Source of the DNA: Coniocarpon cinnabarinum
Taxonomy: Eukaryota
Reading direction: 5' to 3'
NCBI GenBank assembly: GCA_051942205.1
Contig: JAVECO010000003.1
Span: 62,001 to 126,000, forward strand
Length of the DNA: 64,000 nucleotides
Below, one piece after another: positions 24,400 through 35,087 of this stretch (positions are counted from its first letter, which is position 1; every line of letters begins with the position of its first letter). A program made the position numbers and the translations under genes. Under the pieces are notes generated by a model. The model did no database searches. It was not told where the DNA came from and was given only the letters and a program-made list of their open reading frames with translations.

Positions 24400-25312
24400 A
24401 GTGATGGTGCTGAAGATCTTCTGTGGTGGCAGTGGCACTTTTTTCTGATTTGCAAGAACCATTGACAGCGGAATAGATTGTTCAGTCCGTCCGTAAGTCT
24501 GTTCGTTCGTTCAAAGCAGGTCTACTCTTCGTGCAGCTGGCTTGCATGGCAAGTCGACGGCGACGGGGTTAAGCCTACAAAGCAGCGTTATCTATACGTG
24601 TTGCTCGTGACAAGGGCGTGGCGCAACGGTCGATGGAGCTATGGTTCCAGAGCAGCGTGTCTATGTATTGCATGCCGACAGATACAGGCGCGTGGCTTTT
24701 GCTCTCTACGACAAGGGACGCTTTTTGCGTACTGTCTGTTGCTAACAGCAAATTTTTATTACCGAAATACTGCCAGACAAGGAACTGGTAGCATCAGCAG
24801 GTGCCTAGCAAGTGCACACACGACACCCCGTTGGTGCTCACCTCTCGAACATCTTCGTCTCAGGTCGATGACCAAGCATTCTTGGCCAGTTAGTCAGTGT
24901 CTCAATCCTTGAATTACATCATAGGCGATACTACTCAATTGCTGTTTCTTCTGGTTTAGCATAGATTGGACCGTTCGAAAGCTGCAGGTACCCGACAGCT
25001 TTGTTGGCGGCGCTAGTTCAGATGGGGGACATGGTCGCAACATGATATGGAATCAGATCGACAGGGAGGAACCTGCAAGCACTTTGGCAATGAATGAAAT
25101 GAATAATCAAATTTAAGAAAATGGCATTGATTTGTAACAACAAGGCATTCATCTGCAGCAAGATCTCATAGGCACATTACTAAAACATATTCATACATAT
25201 ATGTATGTACAAATATATATATAGAGAGAGAATATATTGTGACCGTTTTCTCACGACCAAGAACTTCCATCGCCTCCAAGCCAACACCTTCTCCCTCTTC
25301 AATCAAACCAAC

Positions 25313-25814
25313 ATGTCCAACCTCCCCTACACCACCTACCCCCACTTCGGCCAAAAGCTCAAAGAGAGCTACCACTACTCCCAAGCCGTCCGGCTGGGCT
25401 CGACAGTCCACTGCTCCGGCCAAGGCGGCTGGGACGCCGCGACGGGTCAACTCTCCAGAGACACAGGCGTACAAGTGGCACAGGCCTTCAAAATGGTGGA
25501 CGTCTGCTTGAGGGACGCCGGCGTCGCGAAGGGCTGGGGCGCCGTGTATAAAGTGAGGACGTATCACGTGCCGCTTAATGACGAGGCGGTGGAGTTGCTG
25601 GTCAAGGGGTTGAAGGAGTGGTGTCCGGAGCATGAACCGGTCTTGACGGTGCTAGGGGTGGCGAGGTTGGGTTTCGACGGTGAGTTGTCTGAAATAGTGA
25701 CGTGCAAGCTCGTAGCGTCGCTCCGGGCTTTTTATGTAACATCGTGGTGGCTTTGCTGACGGGTAGGGTGTAGATATGAAAATCGAAATCGAGGTTGAGG
25801 CCTATGATGGTTGA
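25313..25814 (+). CDS. RidA/YjgF/YER057c/UK114 family protein
   Basis: HYSQAVRLG..VHCSGQGGWD, VYKVRTYH, intron 25680-25773, then MKIEIEVEAY. Confidence 0.9.
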
Positions 25815-26093
25815 GAGACTGTGCTGCTCCGATCCATGAGCATGGAAAATGTCATGCGAGGATGACGGCGCGTATATGACAGTCACTCATTGACATAGGG
25901 AGTTATCAAACCATGAATTTGTGTGCGTAAGCTTCATTCCCAACCCAAAACTCATATTGTTTGAATGCAAGAGACTGCTAGAAATACGTCGCCTCTAACA
26001 CCTCACAATGTTCCGTGAAACAAAAAATTCACCAGACTCTCATCACGTGTAGCGTTCACCACAGAGCAAACTCAACATCGAATGCTAGCCTGC

Positions 26094-27535
26094 TCATGAT
26101 GCCACCACATCAATGACAATCTTCCCTTGATTTCCGCTGCCTTTTTTCAGTGTTGCGTACGCATCGGGCACCTCCTCGAAAGAGAAGTGTTTTCCAACAA
26201 CAGCTTTGACCTAGCATCCCATCATCGTCAATCATGGTCCACAGAAAGGCATCGAGGGACGAACGCGGACTCACTTTTTCTTCCTCCATCAGCTTTGCAA
26301 ATGCGGCAGCATAGTTCCGGTCTGCGCCTGCGATCATAGCACGCCACTTCCTTGTTCCGCCACCCAGCATTGCCGGTAATAGCGCACGTGATAACGCCCT
26401 GCCACAAGTCAGCGCCAACAGGCCCCCTAAATTGCTTAGACCGCGCCGTTCCCCATCTCTTGAAGCGCGGCACCGCACATGAGACAGCAAGCGAGAGTCA
26501 CTTACTGTCGCAGGCCTTTGAGCGACGGTCCCCCAGCCACTTGCACAAAGACACCGTCGTCCTTCAGAAAAGCGTCACTCGCTTTGTATAGCTCATCCGG
26601 CTCGCCCACATTATCAACCACAAGATCATACCCCGCTTCTGTCATCTTCCCTTCCACCTCGTCCTTCAGTACGGCACACATGTCATTCTGCTTGTAATCG
26701 ATGATTTGGTCAGCGCCCAGCTCTTTGACGAGGCTCACGTTGCCAGTGCTGCATGTGGCCGTGACCTTCTCAGCGCCGAGAGCCTTGGCTATTTGCACGC
26801 CGAAGACACCGACGCCGCCTGAGGCACCGTTGATAAGGATACGTCTCCCGGCCAGAGAGGGGTTATAGCGGTCGGTGTCCACAAAGCGAATCAGAGACTG
26901 GTAGGCTGTGTTAATAGCCAAAGTAGCAGAGGCAGCGGAAGCGATGTCGATGTTTTGAGGGACCGGTTGGATCTATCTGATGGTGTCAGTGGGTATGCAA
27001 GCCAGTCTTGGAGAGGAAGCAGTGCGACAGAGACGTCAGAGCATGTAGCGTACCATGCCTTCACCCTTTATGACCATGTATTCAGAGCAGGCGCCCAGCT
27101 TCGGTGGAGGAAAGGCGGACCCCATTACCTGCAGTACAACAATCAGCCATGTAGTCCTGACGTTCACACCAAGGACCTTGCATTTTTGCCTTGTGTGTTG
27201 CCCCCACCCTAAACGCGGATTTTTGGTTCCGCACTCACCATCTTTCCCACAAAGCTTTCCAACGTCTTGTCATTAGTCTCCACCAATTCTCCCGCAAAGT
27301 CCACGCCGGGCGTCGCAGGACTAGGTAAGAAGTGGGAGAGAGGCCAAAAGATTTGAGGGATCTTGTAGTCGACCGGATTCAAAGCGGCAGCGTGAACGCG
27401 AATGAGGGAATCATTCTTCCCAAGGGGTGGGACAGGGACGGAGGGGTTGAGTGTGAGGTTCTTTTCTAAAGGCTGGCCATGAAGGGTGGTGTACTGCCAG
27501 GCTTTGGTAGTTGTGGGGCGGCTGCTGGACGACAT
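26094..27535 (-). CDS. Zinc-independent MDR / NADPH:quinone oxidoreductase-like protein (RTN4IP1-like)
   Basis: Five exons: LIRVHAAALNPVDYK, PGVDFAG, ILINGASGGVG, LGADQIIDYK, YDLVVDNVG and C-terminal GKIVIDV. Confidence 0.9.
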
Positions 27536-28312
27536 GGAAGTGGTCCGATGGAATGTGATCGTTGAATTGGAATAATCGGTAGTATGAGTCGGGGGCGCGA
27601 CCGATCGCTGTTATCGCGCAAATGGCAATGAAGAGATTGAAGATGTGAGAGAGGTCAAAGATGGAGATGAACATGAACAGTGGGTAGGTGGGGAGTCACA
27701 TAGCTATTCAATGGATGCTGCCAGGTCTATCGGGACAACTTCGAGTTTCATGAACTGCGCAAGTCACGATCGCTAGGCTTTATGATTTCACTTGATCGCT
27801 TGTTTGCCTGAAGGCGGACAAGTTGAGAGTGGTGCGCCACAGCAAAACAGGAAATGGCGCACAAGTTGCATGCATAACATCTAGAATTGCGCCGAACGGG
27901 TTCCCGGAGGAAAATGCAGGCCGGTAGACACTGCACAAGTGGAACAATGCATGTTGGTTGGAGCGCTGAGCGTGTTCGTATATACTGACGTTGGTCCGCG
28001 CGAGATGGTCCGCGGTGATAATCAGAAGCACCATGTACGAAGAGGCAACGACGTCGTGAAGCCAATGGGTGGACTGAGTTGTGTAAGGTATGCAGAATCC
28101 TTTTGACGTCATCCCGTCCCAGCGGTCTACCTAGGTAGTCGTAACAAGGCGTGATCACGTGAGCTTGAGCCTTTTCAGGTCACACTCAGGCCTCTCGCGC
28201 TCCATGCAATTTCTCTCGTCATCTGTTGGAGCGATTGTTGCGCCTTGTGCGTCGTTGCACACTCACATTGCCTACGAGATTGATCCTTGCAATGCGACAA
28301 GTTTTAGTTGAT

Positions 28313-28348
28313 GATCAGAATTGCAGGCCGATCAGAATTGCAGGCCGA
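28313..28348. repeat. 17-bp perfect tandem duplication (GATCAGAATTGCAGGCC x2)
   Basis: Read directly at 28313-28329 and 28330-28346, just downstream of the PXA2 stop. Confidence 0.9.
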
Positions 28349-28446
28349 CGAGCGAGGGTCAAGGACATGTCTCGAGGTTGATTGGCGTGACACGCTGGAA
28401 TTAGGCGTCCTTTGAGATGGTTGTACTCTGCGTCTGTTTCTTCACC

Positions 28447-30635
28447 TCATCCAATGCTCATCTCCAGCTCCTCGATCCTCCTCTGCACGTCTGGCACTGC
28501 TCTCAACTGCGCCTCAAGCTCTTCTCTTTCATCTTCGAGTTGTAATCTCTTATCGGCATCTAGATCTGTGAATATATAGCCACCTTGACCATTGAACTGC
28601 AAAATCTTGGTGTGATACTTCCAAAGACTTCGCCGGTGGCTGACTGTCATCAGTGTAATCCCTAGTCGTTTTGCTTCGTCATACATTATTCGCTCAATCT
28701 CAAGCGTGACACTACTCGTACACTCGTCCAGTATGGCATATTTTGGGGCGTGGTAGAAAAGACGGGCCATTGCGATACGCTGTTGCAAGCCTCCAGAGAG
28801 CACGTCAGACCATTCAGCTTCCGCATCCCAACCGCCGTCTTGTTTAGCAACAATATGGTCAATCTCGACAATACTAAGAACTCGTAGGAGATCAGCGTCA
28901 GTGACACCTTTCCCTCGCATGTCTCGCAGCGAGTCTGGGTAAATCACCTGCTGCCGAAGTGACCCACGAGATAGATATGGCCGTTGTGGAATGTAGAAGA
29001 TGTCGGTGAAAGGTGGTTTACGGACTGTGCCTCCATAGACTGGCCAAAGGCCGCCCAAGATACGGAAAAGGCTGGACTTGCCGCAGCCATTGGGACCTAC
29101 AATGAGAAGGTGTTCTCCAGGCGTAACAGAGAATGATAGCTTTCTCACGAGCACATCGCCGTTGGGGCTCACGATTGGAACGTCGCGAAAGTCAATGTCC
29201 TCGCCCGCTTCCACTTCGCCGCGACCACGTAATACTTCTGCGTTCTCGGCCGTGTCAGCAGAGGAGACCAATTTCTTCTCGAAGTGGCCAGCCTGCACAT
29301 CGTCTATGACATCAATGAGCGTCGCAACGCGGCTCGTGTACCCTGCAAGCTCGGTGAGTTCTTTATAACTGAACATGATCCGGCCAAAGGCATCTGATGA
29401 GGAAAGCAGCATGCGCCGATTCGTGACGAAAGATTCTGTACGCTCGCCCATGCTGCCAACACCAGTAACACCAGGCAATTTGACAAAAACAGGGACTGAG
29501 CATAACATTAAGCCCAGCGCGCCCCAGAAGTATTTGATGACGAAATCCTCCATAAAGCTGTGCCAGAAACGCCGTCGTAAGATGCGGTTGACATGTTTGA
29601 TCAATGTGAAATAGCCTTTATCCAGTGTGTCTTTCTCTGCCTCGTGTCCAGCGTACAATGCCACCTCCTCACTATAATCGATGAGGCGAGAATGTTGGAA
29701 CCGAAATTCGCCTTCCAGTCTTGCTTCGTCAGCCACGTATTTACCAAATGGCGGAGTGAGCGCTCGCATCACAGAAGCGGAAAGCTGAACGATGAGAGCC
29801 ATGACGAACAGGCCTTCGCCTCCGACGCTGCGAGAAAGCGACCAATTGTAGATCGCCATGTCAAGTATTGGCTTAGTGAGGTCAGAGTAGAGCTCGGAGA
29901 GGGAGTTCGAGAATCTGGCAATGTCGACAGCAATGAGCTGATCAGCGTTCTTCAACCGATCGTCGAGTGCGGAAAGGGCATAAAAAGTCATGTTGGAGAG
30001 GTATCGATTGTGAATGTAGTTGGTCAGGCGGGTTCGATATTGCAGAGCGAGTTTGCACTGGTGGTAGGACAACTGAGGATAGTGAATTAGCGTTTGAAAT
30101 GTAATGTAACTGGCACAAGATTTACCATTGAGTTCGTGAACGTCGCTGGAATGGCGACTAACATCCACCAAACCAGCCCCGTCAGAAAGTCTCTGCCTCG
30201 CCCACGGACGAGATTGCTGACCAGCTTGCCATCAAGCTCTGCAACATAGACGCTTATCAGGGTTCTGAGCACGAGGAAAATGCTATGACTGATGAGCAGT
30301 CGCAGCTCTTGACTCTTCCATCCCGGTATGCATATCTTAAGCAATCGCAGCAGGTTGCGGAAGAATTCGCGATTGAGTTCGACTCTCTTGCGGCGGCCAT
30401 CTTGTGCGCTGCTTACACCTTGTGTCCGCGATAGTGTTTGTTGTTGAGTCGCAGCCTTTTGCTCGGATATTGCGCCGCGTATTCGTCCAATAAGAGCTAC
30501 TAAAAGGCTGATATACACTGCTCGCGATATACGGGTTCGATTGGAGGCATAGAGGCTTATTAGATCATTAACAATGCGCTTCAGGGTAGATTGAGAGAGT
30601 GTGAGTCTATGCAGAGGGATCGTCTGGACGGCCAT
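28447..30635 (-). CDS. PXA2: Peroxisomal half-size ABC transporter (ABCD family), Pxa2 type
   Basis: Intron 30073-30125. [23 protein letters not shown], Walker [10 protein letters not shown], degenerate signature LSGGLQQR (Pxa2-like), Walker B AILDE. Confidence 0.9.
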
Positions 30636-31274
30636 GCTTTGAGAACGACATCAAGACATGTCAAGCGCTGCAAGAGTCTATTGTTATGGAAGGCAGACAT
30701 CTTCTGATCCCATTGCGGCTGGTTGCAAGCAGCACGTGCATGCAGCTACTTGAAGTCGGTGACATGTGAAGATGCGGATGAGACTTGTGCCGAGCCGATC
30801 TTATCAGATCAAGCCCAAAAATGGGCAGGGTGTTGGCTGATATCAATTTCGTGACAACGTCGGCGGATGAGATCCATGCAGTCTCCATGACTACCTAGGT
30901 ACGGCTGCTGCTGCTGGAATCTGCTTCAATGCACATGCCATCTGCTGGCGTGCTCATGGCTCTATGGTCTAGCATTTTTGTATGCTCGGACGTTGATGTT
31001 TAAAAGCCACCAGTAGTGTGAGATCTTGCAATGACCCTTGTTCAACTCACATCAAAACTTCTTCGCGAGCTGATGAGCGCGGAGTCTATCCCCCTTCCTC
31101 AGTACTTTGGGGATTACTTGCTTGATTTGCTTCGGAACACCCTTGTATCCCGAATGCAGTCCCCTTTTGTTGTTCAACAGGAGTGGCAGCCTCTTTATTG
31201 GACGTAATGCCCCTGAAGTGTCTGCACGCTTGCCTCCTCGAAACTTTCTGTCTTATCAACGACTGCTACCTGCT

Positions 31275-33017
31275 TCAACTCTTCACTCCTAACACGCATA
31301 GACGTCCTCCAAGCCTGTCAGCTTCCTCGCCTGCCCAGCCGAATATCATAGAGACTCTCAGCCCACTGATGCGCTGTTCCAAGTACTTCAAACCATCCAT
31401 GCTTGTATCGGAAAGCTGTTGCTCAGAGCGACCGAACAAGTCGGTCCAGGCTCGGGAAGAAAAGACCACTTGGCCAGCAGCAAGAGATCCAGTTTCGTCA
31501 AGTATTAGACCAATGACCCTCGGATTGAGACGAAGCATTACCGGTCGTGCGCATTGTTTGCAGATTGAGTAGAGCGCGTTCGCGTAGACTGGCAGCCCGC
31601 AGCACTCGTCACAGAACAGCATATTGCGCATGTGTAGTAGCGAGATGTGAACATCGAGTAAAATCACACTCAGATATCCCATGAAGACCTCCTGTGCGCG
31701 TTAACACCTGGCTGCTGATCGTCGCTGCGACGCCACAAAACCTTATTAGCAGATCTCACGCTTCGCACGTAATTAGCAAGCTGCCACGCAGGTATGACAA
31801 GCCGAGCATACAATTCATCTACCTCTGAAAGACGAAACAGTGCTTTCATGTTTGATGCAAGCCATTGTCCAATATCGAAGACTAAGACAAGGTCACTGGA
31901 GTCATCTTCACGACGGCGCATTCATAGACGCATACCGTCGTCGGGGAAACGTGGATTCACATGTTGATGTCTCGTGACGCCTTCTGTGTACTTTCGAAGC
32001 CACTCTACATCGTCGCAAATTGGGTTTAGATCAATGAATGAAGCAGCCGTAAACAATATGTACGGACGACGACGAGTCGAATCACAGTGCGCGTTAGTGA
32101 TCAGCAATATGGTCTGCCCAGGGATCCATGCTTCTGTCGAAGCAAGAAGCAATGCTCCCCACATACCAATGAAAGCATCCGCAGTACTGTCGAACACGCC
32201 AACGTTTTGAGTATCCCTTACATCTCCTTTCCTGGTTGTGACTAGTGTCCCTGATGAGCGTGACTGGCGTACTGCTTATGCAATTCCTTTACTTACTCTT
32301 CTTTCTAGGTCCTATACTCTTTACCGCGACTAAGATCCGGGCATCGGGCAGTTCGCAGCCACCATCGATGTAGGACCGTAACGTAAGCAGTCCTGGAATA
32401 GGGTGCCTCGATCTGAAACCTACCGGACTCTTACAGAGGACACCATCGTCACTATTATAGTGTATCATGAATTGACAACTTCGGTCTCGTTCCGGAAACA
32501 TGCTGACAAACAACGGAGCGGTTGAGACTGATAACTTTCCGTTGCCACCAGTGGAGATGTGGCAGGTCCAAATGCTCACGAGTTGACCGAGGCGGAGCTT
32601 GTACTTGGTTTTGGCGTACCAAAGTCGGACCTGGTGTCGGGACGTGAGCAGAATTGCACGCAGGACGGAAAGAATGCAGATAAATCACACCGTCAAAGCA
32701 CCGGTGTCATCTTTGACAATTATTTTGTAGCACCCTCGAGCCGCCTGAGGAGCCCTAGTAGGGGTGAGCTGGTCGTAAAAGTTGACGAGACGGGCTGTTA
32801 GGAGAACGCTTTGCGGCCCCGGTATCAAAGAGTCAATATCAACTTCTTGATACTCTTTCTGAGGCGACCAAGCGGGTGCTGCACCGTTGATGGGCGCCTC
32901 AGCATCCCGTCCTTCGGCTGGAGGCAATTGGCTTGCATCCTCAAGCAGCGGCGCCGGAGCTTTGGAGGGAGAGGAGGTAGGTGGATAGAAGGCCTGAATA
33001 GAGGCAGACGGAGCCAT
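31275..33017 (-). CDS. Multi-OB-fold ssDNA-binding protein, RPA1-paralogue/MEIOB-like
   Basis: Six predicted exons (donors at 32690, 32296, 31935, 31811, about 31741). OB strands IIVKDDTGALT|VRLW and ILVAVKSIG...VGVFDST...MWG. The C-terminal OB carries a Cys-rich ribbon (CDECC...CKQC) and ILDETG. Confidence 0.75.
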
Positions 33018-35087
33018 GACGCGGCTTCACAAGAGCACATGTGTCAATGCGGAAGAAGCTGAGGTGCGTGGGACCTCAATCCAGCCTCGAAGCTGCACAC
33101 CTAGGTATGCTGCCCGGTCGAAGGAGCGGTCAGTGGGGGCGGGCACAGCAGCGCAACCCCGCATGTCGCTATTAGCGAGCACAAACCTGCCGGATGCGCG
33201 TTGATTGCACGATTGATTGACAAGATGGCCCTAGAAAGGCATCTGCGCGACGCGACAGTCATTCGCGCCTATGCCTGCTGGAAAATACCATGGACGAAAG
33301 TGCGGCAGAGCAAGGCGGGCCACCGTGCCATAAGCATCATCCAACCTAAAAGTAGCGCGCCGGAGCTGAGATGATCGGACACGGAGGAAGGCTGCATATC
33401 GTCCGTCACAAGCTCGATTCAAGGAATCTGGAGACATGGTGCTCTGCGCAAACACTTCTCAGATCGCATTGCTTGAGGACTCCTGTCGTTGATGTTTTCA
33501 GGAAACACGAGGCACTGAGGGTGGTTGTTCCCAGCGGGCAGCCCCCTCACCTCGTTCGTGTCACAACGCCTAAATGTCTCAGAGGGTGAAACAAGAATGG
33601 AAAGGGAGAGCGCCGCAGAGGCCTCGAAGTTCTGAATTTAGTACAGAAGATGACAGGCTGTCCAGGCCGGTGGGAGCTGCTCGCCGAGTTGGTGTTGTGA
33701 TGAGGGTGAGCTAACTTCTCCTAACGCCGTCCCGCAGCCCCAAGCTCGCATTAGTGTTCCGTCGGGGCAAGGCGGTGGTTTGACCAGGTAGGCATAGCTT
33801 CCGTCCCTCCCTGCCGCATCCGAGAAGCCTTCACTTCTTACTAGACATTTATGCAAGGACTTTGCTGTTGGGTCAGACGCATGGGTAGAAATCGTCACTT
33901 GAGACCGGAAGTCTGGCGCCTGAAGTGAGGGAGAACTAGACATCCACTCGAGAAATATGCAAGGCAACGGGTGGTTGGCGCGACATGCCAGATGGAATGG
34001 GTGCAGTCACGCTATTGTGCTAGCCCGAAGCTTCTCTGCACAACAGTCCACGTTTGAACATCTGAGACAAAGACGAGGCTTGATTTTAGGGAAATGCTCT
34101 ACGGACCTCGTGTCCAATTCCGCCCCACGGTGGCACATTTGTGCTGCACAGCGATACTCTGACCCGAGTTTCGTGGTAGGAGCGTCTTGTGCGGCACAGC
34201 CCCAAGGGAAATCAGCGTGCAGGTAGAGGTGTGGCGGTAAGTGGTAAGTGCAATGGTGGCCACCAGCTGTGCCCAAACCCTCCCGTCACGTGCCGTCCAC
34301 TCACAAACCGCGCGGACGATTCGGACCGCGTCAAGATGGCTCAGCCCTACAGCTTGGGAACCCGGCCGCTATTTCGCCGCATTCACTGGGTGGGAGCCTG
34401 AAGGATACCTACCTAGGTAAGGTATCTTATCACGGCGGCACTCGGCCGAGGCCTCACTTCCCACTCAGTGCTAGGCCATTCTCACATCACACCTCTCCTG
34501 CACGCTCCTCTCCTTGCTCTTCGCTTCTCCTCCTCGCATCTGTCTGCCTCGTGTGACCTGCTTTGCCGTCCTCTTCAACGGGCTAAGAATATCTACTGCT
34601 TTCACCGCACGCTTCAAGGCACACTTGGACAGGATCCTGTCCTCCACGCCGCTCGCCGCTCCAACGAGCGCGGTCCCCAGGTTCCCGTTCGCAAGGACCC
34701 TCTGTCTGCTTTGAGCATGTATCAAAGGTCGAGCCTGGTCACCACCTGGGCCAACAGCTCCGCGCAAGCCTGCTCATCCACTTCACCGCGACCACCTGTC
34801 CTCCCGGTCTGTTCTTGCGTGAGGTGCTGTTTTCATACCCGTCCACGTAGAAAGCTTGATCCTTCTTCCAGCTAATCGTCGTAAACCTTCTGAACATCCT
34901 TCTCTTTTATTTTCTTGGCCATTCTTGCGACATTCATCCCGTGGCGCTGTCGCTCCACCCTTCATGTGTCTTCCATTGTAACGACGTTCACTCATTTTCA
35001 TACGTTCACTTGCTGCTAATTCTGCAATCCTGGCCCATTTTTTGGGGTACTTGTAATCTTTGGGTCTTACTAGGGAAGACTCTGAAA

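Noticed and set aside
33100..35000. Many 60-135 aa ORFs
   Set aside because: Overlapping on both strands with no family motifs. More likely promoter and 5' UTR of the peroxidase gene.
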